NCBI RefSeq assembly: GCF_036507355.1
Contig: NZ_AP027877.1
Reading direction: 5' to 3' (one strand)
Length of the DNA: 64,000 nt
Origin: Escherichia coli
Lineage (GTDB): Bacteria; Pseudomonadota; Gammaproteobacteria; Enterobacterales; Enterobacteriaceae
Shown here: positions 48,727 to 58,118 of the stretch, in pieces
How the letters are laid out: every line of letters starts with the position of its first letter
Numbering within the stretch: the stretch's first letter is position 1
Position numbers and translations under genes: made by a program
Notes under the pieces: generated by a model
The model's database searches: none
Told to the model about the DNA's origin: nothing
What the model saw: only the letters and a program-made list of their open reading frames with translations

Positions 48727-49656
48727 ATGGCTACTTTAATGGAAAAGGATGCACTTTTAAACGGCGCCAGTCAGTGCATCGCGTTTTTATCAAATATCGT
48801 CGACAGTTGTTTTTCCTCACAAGTTCAGGACTCAGACGATGAGCTATCACAATTAGTCAGCTATCGCGACAATCTTTATTCCACTCCAGCAGAAATTGTT
48901 GATTTTACACAGGGAATGTTACGCCTCCAGCAGGTCAGAAAAAAGTATCAGCGTGAATTTAATAATACTGCGCATTCAGAAAATAAAGCGTCTTTTGATT
49001 CTATTTGGCAGCGTCTGACAAACCATGACGTCACATCCCAGCAGAGTCCCATTGGTTTTGTTTTAGGTGGACAACCAGGAGCCGGAAAATCCATCCTAAT
49101 CGAATTAGCAAAAAGGGAAACAAAGAATAATATAATGATTATTAATGGTGATGATTTCAGATTTCTACACCCTGATTTTAATTATATATATCAAACTTAT
49201 GGCGACGATTTTGTTACCCATACGGCAAAATTTTCCGGCGAAACGGTCGAACGTGCAATAGAGAGGGCCATAGCCAATAAACTCAATATTGTTGTCGAAG
49301 GAACATTTCGTAATGCCGCTACGCCGCTACAAACATTAAAAAAACTCAAAGATGCAGGCTACCGAACAGAAGTCATGATAAAAACCACCTCAGCGGCATT
49401 AAGCTGGGAAAGCACCAACGAACGGTATAATAAGGACAAAGAGGCGGGAAATATCGCCCGCAAAGTGGATAAAAATCACCATGATATCGTCACCGATTTG
49501 CTAGCAGAAAATGCCAGCAAGGTGTTTGCTTCAAACCTGGCAGATAAGTTTGCGGTGTATTCGCGTGAGAAGATGATATTTAGTTCACAAGCGGCAACCA
49601 ATTGCGATATTGCAACGCTTATACAAAATGAAATCAGCGGAAGTGCACAAGAATAA
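48727..49656 (+). CDS. ezeT: EzeT-like zeta-toxin family kinase with N-terminal cis-inhibitory extension
   Basis: ATG at 48727 with SD AGGAG 6 nt upstream gives 309 aa (track ORF starts at GTG 48721); Walker A GGQPGAGKS matching zeta/PezT GGQPGSGKT, preceded by ~110 aa non-kinase domain; name assigned from memory of the E. coli EzeT description. Confidence 0.7.
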   Translation: MATLMEKDALLNGASQCIAFLSNIVDSCFSSQVQDSDDELSQLVSYRDNLYSTPAEIVDFTQGMLRLQQVRKKYQREFNNTAHSENKASFDSIWQRLTNHDVTSQQSPIGFVLGGQPGAGKSILIELAKRETKNNIMIINGDDFRFLHPDFNYIYQTYGDDFVTHTAKFSGETVERAIERAIANKLNIVVEGTFRNAATPLQTLKKLKDAGYRTEVMIKTTSAALSWESTNERYNKDKEAGNIARKVDKNHHDIVTDLLAENASKVFASNLADKFAVYSREKMIFSSQAATNCDIATLIQNEISGSAQE

Positions 49657-49679
49657 TAAAAGCTGATGACCTGAAATAA

Positions 49680-49700
49680 CGCCGGGCATCACGCCCGGCG
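49680..49700. terminator. bidirectional hairpin between convergent ezeT-like and nucleotidyltransferase genes
   Basis: CGCCGGGC-ATCA-GCCCGGCG inverted repeat between the two stops. Confidence 0.5.
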
Positions 49701-50480
49701 CATTACCGTCTGGTACAGTAAGCTATCCAGTTTCTTAACGTCCCCTTCTCTACTATCCGGTAACACAGGCGGAATTTCCCCACGCGCCAGTTCCGCATGG
49801 ATAAACGCATGTAGCAATGGACGGCGTGGGCCATATTCCGCTTCACCCGCACGCTGTTTACGTTCCAGTAATTCATCTATTTCTGCGCGTAAGGCCGCAT
49901 CCAACTCACTTCCCGCCAGCAATTCGGAAAAACGCATTGGCGGTACGCCTTTTCCCGCTTCAACCCAACGCACGGCCAGCAACGGACGCAGCACGTAAAA
50001 GTATTTTTTCAGTCGAACTTCATCGCCCTGCAAATATCCGCGGAAGTTTTTCTGCGCCATCGAATAGTAATGCCAGCGCGCACGCAGCGGAGAAAACCAC
50101 GTTGGGACCATTGCCTTAAGCGCCGTTATCGTTTCTTCATCTTGTTGATAGACCACCGGAGAATCCAGCCATTCTATCAGCGTCGGGTTCGCGCCTTTCA
50201 ATAATCCCAGCGCCTTACGCCACTCCCAACCGGAAACATCTAACTCGTCGTCGATGGGCAGCTCAATAACATCGCGCGGTGACTCTACTCGCAGATACCA
50301 TTCCAGCGGGTGAACATACAAAAACCGTACATCGTAGTCGCTGTCGGGCGAGGCAAATCCCCAACCGCGACTCCCCGATTCACAGGCGTACAGTACTTTC
50401 ACATCATACCGCCGTTCAATTTCTTTTAACTGCTGCGATACCCTTTCGCGCATCGCAGCACTGACTCCATTTAATGGCAT
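49689..50480 (-). CDS. Pol-beta-superfamily nucleotidyltransferase, uncharacterised
   Basis: 263 aa from the ATG at 50480 (track ORF starts at GTG 50489 overlapping the upstream stop); GS-x10-DxD motif in VLYACESGSRGWGFASPDSDYDVRF; second gene of a two-gene operon. Confidence 0.7.
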   Translation of the reverse strand: MPLNGVSAAMRERVSQQLKEIERRYDVKVLYACESGSRGWGFASPDSDYDVRFLYVHPLEWYLRVESPRDVIELPIDDELDVSGWEWRKALGLLKGANPTLIEWLDSPVVYQQDEETITALKAMVPTWFSPLRARWHYYSMAQKNFRGYLQGDEVRLKKYFYVLRPLLAVRWVEAGKGVPPMRFSELLAGSELDAALRAEIDELLERKQRAGEAEYGPRRPLLHAFIHAELARGEIPPVLPDSREGDVKKLDSLLYQTVMRRA

Positions 50481-50485
50481 GTTAC

Positions 50486-51613
50486 TCACCCTTTGATATT
50501 AACCAACCCGTGCAGAACCTGATCCAGACCGCCAAATACAGAGATGTTATCAATCCGCTCAGCCACTCTCTCCAGCGTTTCCAGCTCTTTTAAACGCAAC
50601 GCTACCGGATTGTTCTCCATGACTTTGGCGGTGTTCAGTAACGAGCGCGTCGCTGCCGTTTCTTCACGTCGGCGAATCACATTCGCCTGCGCAGATTTCT
50701 CTGCCTCAACCAGCTGCGCAAGGATATTTTTCATATCGCCAGGCAGGACGATATCTTTCACCCCTAATGAAGCAATCTCCATACCGAACGGCTTCATGCG
50801 CGATTTCACCTGTTCGCTGACAACGTCATCAATGACCTGTTTATCTTCCAGCAATTCATCCAGCGTACGCGTACCTACCACTTCACGCAGTGCAAATTGC
50901 AATTCCCGATACAAATGATCAATCGGCTTCGTTAACTGACTAAATGCTAATAACACGTCGCTGTAGCGCCAGTTAGCCGCGAGGTTAATCCGCAGATTGA
51001 CCTTATCTTTCGTTAAGATTTCTTGCCCGCTGACTTCCAGTACCTGCAAGCGGGTGTCAACCACTTCAGCTTCAACCAGATGGTTAATTTTCCAGTACGC
51101 GGTAAGCCCCGGCGGTAACAGCGCCTGCGTTTCACCATCGATTTTCAGCACGCCTACATGCCAGGCCGGAACCTGCACCGTCAGTATCGCATCGCGGCCT
51201 TTAACAACTCCTTTGCGCCGTGGCTGTAATACCGCATTCATCACCTCCGTTTGTACCGGGACTTGCTGCGTATTCATCCGCACCAGCGTCAAATCATCCT
51301 CTACACGCCAGTACAAACGACGCGTTGATGGCGGCAGGATCTCCAACAAAATACCGTCCATATACAACACCCCGGCTTCAGTCTCCGACAAGTCTGCCAC
51401 CAGGCAATATTTCTCCACCCAATCAGGCTGAAAGCGGCGCAAATAATCCGCAAGCACGTCGGGAACTTCGCTACCATCCAGCGTAATCAGCAACACTTCC
51501 GGGGTATTTAACCAGGGTAAAATATGCTCGCCTGCATGCAGCACTTTGTAGTAATCGCCGTTTCTGGAGAGTAATGCCAGCTGATCTTTTCTTACGCTTA
51601 TTTTTTTAATCAT
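50486..51613 (-). CDS. SPFH/band-7 (stomatin-like) domain protein with unique N-terminal domain
   Basis: 375 aa; C-terminal half carries SPFH signature (DKVNLRINLAANWRY..., ...LVEAEKSAQANVIRRREETAATRSLLNTAKVMENNPVALRLKELETLERVAERI...); N-terminal ~185 aa lack a hydrophobic anchor; ATG at 51613 with AAGGA SD. Confidence 0.75.
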   Translation of the reverse strand: MIKKISVRKDQLALLSRNGDYYKVLHAGEHILPWLNTPEVLLITLDGSEVPDVLADYLRRFQPDWVEKYCLVADLSETEAGVLYMDGILLEILPPSTRRLYWRVEDDLTLVRMNTQQVPVQTEVMNAVLQPRRKGVVKGRDAILTVQVPAWHVGVLKIDGETQALLPPGLTAYWKINHLVEAEVVDTRLQVLEVSGQEILTKDKVNLRINLAANWRYSDVLLAFSQLTKPIDHLYRELQFALREVVGTRTLDELLEDKQVIDDVVSEQVKSRMKPFGMEIASLGVKDIVLPGDMKNILAQLVEAEKSAQANVIRRREETAATRSLLNTAKVMENNPVALRLKELETLERVAERIDNISVFGGLDQVLHGLVNIKG

Positions 51614-52141
51614 TATCTATTCCTTGCTTAATAGCCGTCGCGGAAGCAGACACGAAGCGACAGGGGAATTCCCTTTTGCCTGTTACCCGGCATCTTTATC
51701 GGCGACGTTATCGGGGACCGCAGACTGCGCAATCCCTCATTTTTTATTTAATAAGTTACAACCAGTATTCATTTCAGGAATGAATGTGGGAATCGAACCC
51801 GTAATTGGCGTCAAAGGCTGATGGAACACGCCCGGAAAACAGCCTGGCCGTTCCTGGTGTGCCGACGGGGTTTAACCCCCTTTGTAATTCAGTATCAACG
51901 CAAAAGTGTTATTGCGAGAAGCGTGCCAGAAGTGATAAAAAATTTTAATTACATGAAAAATAAAGATTTAATAAATCATTATTGTTTGTAGGGGGAGATT
52001 TTTTCGCTAAATTTGTATCTGTATTTATCGTCAATTATCAAGAAAGATAAATATTTAAGAAGAGAACAAAGGAATATTATCAGTTCTGCTTGCAAATAAA
52101 TTCCCGTACACTGAACTATCCGATTAACAGAGGGCACCATC

Positions 52142-52414
52142 ATGGCACTCCCCCGTATTACTCAAAAAGAGATGACTGAGCGTGAACAGCGCGAACTGAA
52201 GACGCTGCTGGATCGCGCGCGTATTGCACATGGTCGCGTGCTGACCAACGCCGAAACCAACAGCATTAAGAAAGAGTACATCGATAAATTAATGGTCGAG
52301 CGTGAGGCTGAAGCGAAAAAAGCCCGCCAGTTAAAGAAAAAGCAGGCTTATAAACCGGATCCTGAAGCGTCATTTAGCTGGTCAGCAAATACGTCGACGC
52401 GCGGCAGGCGCTGA
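52142..52414 (+). CDS. yjbD: YjbD (DUF3811-type small protein)
   Basis: 90 aa; MALPRITQKEMTEREQRELKTLLDRAR... Confidence 0.85.
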   Translation: MALPRITQKEMTEREQRELKTLLDRARIAHGRVLTNAETNSIKKEYIDKLMVEREAEAKKARQLKKKQAYKPDPEASFSWSANTSTRGRR

Positions 52415-53287
52415 TTAGCGCCCCTTCTTTTTACGCCCCGGCGAGGTAAAACGCTTACCGTTGGACGCCGGGCGACCGCCTTTTTCCGCCGTTTTTTCCA
52501 TCTTAACGACTGGACGTTTGATGCCCGCCGTTTTCGGTTTAGCCTTCGCTTTAGGTTTTGCCTCGGAAGAGGAATTTTCAATGAGCTTAAAGAGGTCGAT
52601 TAACTCATCGTCGGTTAAATCGCGCCACTCCCCCAGTGGAATGCCGTTTAAGCTGACGTTCATAATGCGCGTACGTTCCAGCTTTTTCACTTCATAGCCG
52701 AAATGCTCGCACATGCGCCGGATCTGACGGTTCAGCCCCTGCACCAGGGTAATGCGGAAGACAAACGGCGCTTCTTTTTTGACTTTGCACTTTTTAGTCA
52801 CCGTCCCGAGGATCGGCACCCCCGCCCCCATACCACGAATAAATTCATCGGTAATCGGTTTATCGACCGTCACCAGATACTCTTTCTCATGATCGTTACC
52901 CGCACGGAGGATCTTATTCACCAGATCGCCGTGATTGGTGAGGAAAATCAGCCCCTGGGAGTCTTTATCCAGGCGGCCAATCGGGAACACGCGTTTGCTG
53001 TGGTTAACAAAATCGACAATGTTATCGCGCTCGCCATCTTCGGTGGTGCTGACAATACCGACGGGTTTGTTCAGGGCGATAAGTACCAAATCTTCGGCTT
53101 CCCGAGGCTCAATCAACTGACCGTTTACTTTCACAACGTCGCCGGGTTTCACCTGATCGCCAATGGTGGCTCGCTTGCCATTAAGGAACACATTGCCTTG
53201 CTCGATATAGCGATCCGCTTCGCGGCGTGAGCAAATTCCGCTTTCGCTGATGTATTTATTTAAACGGACTGATGAGTCGGGCAGCAT
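52415..53287 (-). CDS. rluF: 23S rRNA pseudouridine synthase RluF
   Basis: 290 aa; S4 domain plus RsuA-family catalytic motif ([17 protein letters not shown]); basic C-terminal tail. Confidence 0.93.
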   Translation of the reverse strand: MLPDSSVRLNKYISESGICSRREADRYIEQGNVFLNGKRATIGDQVKPGDVVKVNGQLIEPREAEDLVLIALNKPVGIVSTTEDGERDNIVDFVNHSKRVFPIGRLDKDSQGLIFLTNHGDLVNKILRAGNDHEKEYLVTVDKPITDEFIRGMGAGVPILGTVTKKCKVKKEAPFVFRITLVQGLNRQIRRMCEHFGYEVKKLERTRIMNVSLNGIPLGEWRDLTDDELIDLFKLIENSSSEAKPKAKAKPKTAGIKRPVVKMEKTAEKGGRPASNGKRFTSPGRKKKGR

Positions 53288-53634
53288 AAATTCTCCTGTA
53301 AAACGCGGAATATACCGTACCTCTTAGCGGGGAAAAACAGGGTTATGCGGCAACGTCGAAATTAAATGTGATCTGCCACGCCTTTTATCACAAAAGTGTC
53401 TCCGGAAGTACAATGCAAATTTGCCTGGCAAAATAAGGATAATCAACATATTACGAATCGCTGCACACCTGTGCTGATGACTACTGCGCAGAGAAACAAA
53501 TGTGCAAGAGAAAGCGCTATTTCTCCCCATGCAAAGAGTGAAAAATCGCTTTGAAAGGCCATCATGATGGGGTTATATCAGATCAAGCGGTGAGAAAGCG
53601 TATTTGCACAAATGTGCAGAACCAGGAGGCGGCA

Positions 53635-54582
53635 ATGGAAAACAGTGACGATATCCGTTTGATTGTGAAGATTGCCCAACTCTATTACGAACAGGATATG
53701 ACGCAGGCGCAAATCGCGCGCGAACTGGGTATTTACCGCACCACCATCAGCCGCTTGCTTAAACGAGGCCGCGATCAGGGAATTGTCACCATCGCCATCA
53801 ACTATGACTACAACGAAAATCTCTGGCTCGAGCAGCAACTGAAGCAAAAGTTTGGCCTGAAAGACGTTGTGGTGGTGTCGGGAAATGATGAGGATGAAGA
53901 GACTCAACTGGCGATGATGGGGTTACACGGCGCGCAACTGCTGGATCGCTTGCTGGAGCCTGGCGATATTGTCGGTTTTTCCTGGGGTCGCGCGGTGAGC
54001 GCACTGGTTGAAAACTTGCCGCAAGCGGGGCAATCGCGGCAGTTAATCTGCGTGCCAATTATTGGCGGACCGTCCGGTAAACTCGAAAGCCGCTATCACG
54101 TAAACACATTAACCTACAGCGCGGCAGCGAAGCTGAAAGGGGAATCGCATCTCGCGGATTTTCCGGCTCTGCTGGATAACCCCTTAATTCGTAATGGGAT
54201 CATGCAGTCTCAGCACTTTAAAACCATCTCTGCCTACTGGGATAATCTGGATGTCGCCCTGGTGGGAATTGGCTCACCGGCCATTCGCGACGGCGCTAAC
54301 TGGCATACGTTTTATGGTGGTGAAGAGAGTGACGACCTGAATGCCCGCCAGGTTGCTGGCGATATTTGCTCGCGCTTTTTTGATATTCACGGCGCAATGG
54401 TTGAAACGAATATGAGCGAAAAAACACTCTCTATCGAAATGAATAAATTAAAGCAGGCACGATATTCAATTGGCATTGCCATGAGTGAAGAAAAATACAG
54501 CGGAATTATTGGTGCACTGTGTGGAAAATATATTAATTGTCTGGTAACGAATAGCAGCACAGCTGAACTATTACTGAAATAA
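53635..54582 (+). CDS. sorC: SorC-family transcriptional regulator of the sorbose operon
   Basis: ATG at 53635 with SD AGGAGG gives 315 aa (MENSDDIRLIVKIAQLYYEQDMTQAQIARELG...); N-terminal HTH plus sugar-binding domain; track ORF starts at an upstream TTG. Confidence 0.8.
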   Translation: MENSDDIRLIVKIAQLYYEQDMTQAQIARELGIYRTTISRLLKRGRDQGIVTIAINYDYNENLWLEQQLKQKFGLKDVVVVSGNDEDEETQLAMMGLHGAQLLDRLLEPGDIVGFSWGRAVSALVENLPQAGQSRQLICVPIIGGPSGKLESRYHVNTLTYSAAAKLKGESHLADFPALLDNPLIRNGIMQSQHFKTISAYWDNLDVALVGIGSPAIRDGANWHTFYGGEESDDLNARQVAGDICSRFFDIHGAMVETNMSEKTLSIEMNKLKQARYSIGIAMSEEKYSGIIGALCGKYINCLVTNSSTAELLLK

Positions 54583-54651
54583 AAATCTTCCCGATGTTTA
54601 TCGTAATAAAAATTACGGCGGGTCCCTATTATCTAAAATCAGGAGTCTGTT

Positions 54652-55458
54652 ATGCAAACGTGGTTAAATTTGCAGGATAAAATCATTATCGTCACCGGCG
54701 GCGCATCCGGTATTGGTCTGGCGATTGTAGAGGAATTATTAGCACAAGGCGCGAATGTACAGATGGTCGATATTCACGGTGGCGATGGACAATATGAAGG
54801 TCATAAAGGCTATCAGTTTTGGCCGACCGATATTTCCAGCGCCAAAGAGGTAAATCATACGGTAGCGGAAATTATCCAGCGTTTTGGTCGCATCGACAGT
54901 CTGGTCAATAACGCCGGGGTCAATTTCCCGCATCTGCTGGTCGATGAGAAAGCGCCTGCCGGGCAGTATGAACTCAACGAAGCTGCATTCGAAAAAATGG
55001 TCAATATCAACCAGAAAGGCGTTTTTCTGATGTCGCAGGCGGTGGCGCGACAGATGGTCAAACAACATGATGGCGTGATTGTGAATGTTTCCTCAGAAAG
55101 TGGACTGGAAGGCTCAGAAGGACAAAGCTGTTACGCCGCTACCAAAGCCGCGCTCAATAGCTTCACGCGCTCCTGGTCGAAAGAATTGGGTAAACACGGT
55201 ATCCGTGTGGTCGGTATCGCGCCGGGGATTCTGGAAAAAACAGGACTGCGCACGCCGGAATATGAAGAAGCGCTGGCGTGGACGCGCAATATCACCGTCG
55301 AGCAGCTGCGTGAAGGCTATACCAAAAACGCCATTCCTATTGGGCGCGCCGGTAGATTAGCAGAAGTCGCTGATTTTGTTTGTTATCTGTTGTCTGAACG
55401 CGCCAGCTACATCACCGGAGTAACCACTAACATTGCGGGCGGCAAAACGCGCGGCTAA
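54652..55458 (+). CDS. sorD: short-chain dehydrogenase, D-glucitol(sorbitol)-6-phosphate dehydrogenase-type
   Basis: 268 aa; SDR TGGASGIG nucleotide-binding motif and YxxxK active site (YAATKAA). Confidence 0.75.
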   Translation: MQTWLNLQDKIIIVTGGASGIGLAIVEELLAQGANVQMVDIHGGDGQYEGHKGYQFWPTDISSAKEVNHTVAEIIQRFGRIDSLVNNAGVNFPHLLVDEKAPAGQYELNEAAFEKMVNINQKGVFLMSQAVARQMVKQHDGVIVNVSSESGLEGSEGQSCYAATKAALNSFTRSWSKELGKHGIRVVGIAPGILEKTGLRTPEYEEALAWTRNITVEQLREGYTKNAIPIGRAGRLAEVADFVCYLLSERASYITGVTTNIAGGKTRG

Positions 55459-55467
55459 GGAGGCTTT

Positions 55468-55875
55468 ATGGTCAACGCCATTTTTTGTGCCCACGGCAAA
55501 TTAGCTTGCGCCATGCTGGAATCGGTTCAGATGGTTTACGGCAACGCCAATGTTGAAGCCGTTGAATTTGTGCCCGGTGAAAACGCCGGAGACATCGTAG
55601 CAAAGCTGGAAAAGTTAGTAAGCATTCACAATCAAGATGAGTGGCTGATTGCCGTGGATTTACAGTGCGGCAGCCCGTGGAATGCGGCAGCGATGCTTGC
55701 GATGCGCAATCCTCGTCTGCGGGTAATCAGCGGCCTTTCTCTGCCGCTGGCGCTCGAACTGGTTGATAACCAGGACAGCATGAATGTTGATGAACTGTGT
55801 GAACACCTGACGCAAATCGCAAAGCAAACCTGCGTTGTCTGGAAACAACTGGCAACGGCAGAGGAGGATTTCTGA
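55468..55875 (+). CDS. sorF: PTS mannose-family EIIA component (sorbose)
   Basis: 135 aa, EIIA-Man fold; stop overlaps the sorB start (ATGA). Confidence 0.75.
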   Translation: MVNAIFCAHGKLACAMLESVQMVYGNANVEAVEFVPGENAGDIVAKLEKLVSIHNQDEWLIAVDLQCGSPWNAAAMLAMRNPRLRVISGLSLPLALELVDNQDSMNVDELCEHLTQIAKQTCVVWKQLATAEEDF

Positions 55876-56369
55876 TGAACATTACGCTCGCCCGCATTGA
55901 TGACCGCCTGATCCACGGTCAGGTCACTACCGTCTGGTCGAAAGTGGCTAACGCCCAGCGCATTATTATCTGCAATGACGAAGTTTATAACGATGAAGTT
56001 CGCCGGACATTATTGCGTCAGGCTGCGCCACCGGGAATGAAGGTTAACGTGGTCAATATTGAAAAAGCCGTCGCGGTGTATCACAACCCGCAATATCAGG
56101 ACGAAACCGTTTTTTATCTTTTCACTCGCCCACAGGATGCCTTAGCGATGGTTCGCCAGGGGGTAAAAATAGACACCCTGAATATTGGCGGCATGGCCTG
56201 GCGGCCCGGTAAAAAACAGTTAACCAAAGCGGTTTCATTAGATGATGATGATATTAACTCATTTCATGAGTTAAATAATCTTGGCGTCATACTGGATTTA
56301 CGCGTCGTAGCGTCAGATCCCTCAATCAATATTATCGACAAAATAAACGAACAGTTAATCGCAAATTAA
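55875..56369 (+). CDS. sorB: PTS mannose-family EIIB component (sorbose)
   Basis: 164 aa; MNITLARIDDRLIHGQV... EIIB-Man signature with phospho-His. Confidence 0.78.
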   Translation: MNITLARIDDRLIHGQVTTVWSKVANAQRIIICNDEVYNDEVRRTLLRQAAPPGMKVNVVNIEKAVAVYHNPQYQDETVFYLFTRPQDALAMVRQGVKIDTLNIGGMAWRPGKKQLTKAVSLDDDDINSFHELNNLGVILDLRVVASDPSINIIDKINEQLIAN

Positions 56370-56434
56370 ATAATAGCGCCTGTGTACATATGCTTTAACA
56401 GGCAGGGATGACGACACTTAAAAGGTGACAAATC

Positions 56435-57232
56435 ATGGAAATAAGTACCCTACAAATCATTGCTATATTTCTTTTTTCCTGTATTGCCGGAATGGGCAGC
56501 GTGCTGGATGAATTTCAGACTCATCGCCCGTTAATTGCCTGTACGGTGATTGGTTTAATTCTCGGTGATTTAAAAACCGGAATAATACTCGGTGGTACGC
56601 TGGAATTGATAGCTCTCGGCTGGATGAACGTCGGCGCGGCGCAATCTCCGGATTCTGCACTCGCCAGCATAATCTCCGCCATTCTGGTTATCGTTGGTCA
56701 GCAAAGCATCGCCACCGGAATCGCCATCGCGTTGCCTGTGGCTGCGGCAGGCCAGGTGCTGACGGTGTTTGCACGTACCATCACCGTAGTGTTCCAGCAC
56801 GCGGCGGATAAAGCAGCGGAAGAGGCACGGTTTCGCACTCTCGATATTCTGCATGTCTCCGCGCTTGGCGTGCAGGCGCTGCGCGTCGCCATTCCGGCAC
56901 TGATTGTCTCGCTGTTCGTCAGCGCCGATATGGTCAGCAATATGTTAAACGCCATTCCCGAATTTGTGACCCGAGGTCTGCAAATTGCTGGCGGTTTTAT
57001 CGTGGTGGTCGGTTACGCCATGGTGCTACGTATGATGGGCGTGAAATATTTGATGCCTTTCTTTTTCCTCGGTTTCCTCGCAGGTGGCTACCTCGATCTC
57101 AGTCTGCTGGCGTTCGGTGGCGTCGGCGTGATCATGGCCCTGGTCTACATCCAGCTAAATCCACAGTGGCGTAAAGCTGAACCTCAACTCCTGGCCCCCG
57201 CTTCCACCGCCCTTGACCAACTTGACGATTAA
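56435..57232 (+). CDS. sorA: PTS mannose-family EIIC component (sorbose)
   Basis: 265 aa polytopic membrane protein. Confidence 0.75.
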   Translation: MEISTLQIIAIFLFSCIAGMGSVLDEFQTHRPLIACTVIGLILGDLKTGIILGGTLELIALGWMNVGAAQSPDSALASIISAILVIVGQQSIATGIAIALPVAAAGQVLTVFARTITVVFQHAADKAAEEARFRTLDILHVSALGVQALRVAIPALIVSLFVSADMVSNMLNAIPEFVTRGLQIAGGFIVVVGYAMVLRMMGVKYLMPFFFLGFLAGGYLDLSLLAFGGVGVIMALVYIQLNPQWRKAEPQLLAPASTALDQLDD

Positions 57233-57242
57233 CGGAGCCATC

Positions 57243-58067
57243 ATGGAACAGAGAAAAATTACACGCGGCGATCTGGTGAGCATGTTTCTGCGCTCCAACC
57301 TGCAACAGGCGTCCTTTAACTTTGAACGTATTCACGGGCTGGGTTTTTGCTACGACATGATCCCCGCCATCAAGCGACTTTACCCATTAAAAGAGGATCA
57401 GGTTGCGGCGCTCAGGCGACACCTGGTGTTCTTCAATACCACGCCAGCCGTATGTGGCCCGGTCATCGGCGTCACTGCCGCCATGGAAGAGGCGCGGGCC
57501 AACGGCGCGGAAATTGATGACGGTACCATTAACGGCATCAAAGTCGGCCTGATGGGACCGTTGGCAGGGGTTGGCGATCCACTGGTCTGGGGAACGCTGC
57601 GCCCGATTACCGCCGCGCTCGGCGCATCTCTGGCACTTTCGGGCAACATTCTCGGCCCGCTGCTGTTCTTCTTTATTTTCAACGCGGTGCGTCTGGCGAT
57701 GAAGTGGTATGGCCTACAGCTCGGCTTTCGCAAAGGGGTGAATATCGTCAGCGATATGGGCGGGAATGTGCTGCAAAAACTCACCGAAGGCGCGTCGATT
57801 CTCGGACTGTTTGTGATGGGCGTGCTGGTCACCAAATGGACGTCAATCAACGTACCGTTGGTGGTTTCACAAACGCATGCCGCCGATGGCTCCACCGTCA
57901 CCATGACCGTGCAGAACATTCTCGACCAACTTTGCCCTGGTTTGCTGGCGCTCGGTCTGACGCTACTAATGGTTCGTCTGCTCAACAAAAAAATTAACCC
58001 GGTATGGCTGATTTTCGCCCTGTTTGGCTTAGGGATTATCGGCAATGCGCTGGGCTTCCTGTCCTGA
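57243..58067 (+). CDS. sorM: PTS mannose-family EIID component (sorbose)
   Basis: ATG at 57243 preceded by SD (ACGGAG), 274 aa; track ORF starts at TTG 57213. Confidence 0.75.
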   Translation: MEQRKITRGDLVSMFLRSNLQQASFNFERIHGLGFCYDMIPAIKRLYPLKEDQVAALRRHLVFFNTTPAVCGPVIGVTAAMEEARANGAEIDDGTINGIKVGLMGPLAGVGDPLVWGTLRPITAALGASLALSGNILGPLLFFFIFNAVRLAMKWYGLQLGFRKGVNIVSDMGGNVLQKLTEGASILGLFVMGVLVTKWTSINVPLVVSQTHAADGSTVTMTVQNILDQLCPGLLALGLTLLMVRLLNKKINPVWLIFALFGLGIIGNALGFLS

Positions 58068-58118
58068 TTCTTCGCCCCGGCACGACTGCCGGGGCCATCG
58101 CTCAACATGAGGTGGTTT

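Noticed and set aside
51786-51802. tRNA gene suggested by a T-arm-like GGAATCGAACCC motif
   Set aside because: No acceptor, D or anticodon arms can be built around it; at most a fragment, so not called as tRNA.
57213-57242. Upstream TTG start for sorM overlapping sorA by 20 bp
   Set aside because: The ATG at 57243 has a proper SD and avoids a long overlap; track ORFs are drawn from the most upstream ATG/GTG/TTG, so they often overextend (same reasoning applied to aphA, qor, pspG, zur, plsB, ubiC, malK, yjbG, sorC, sorE).
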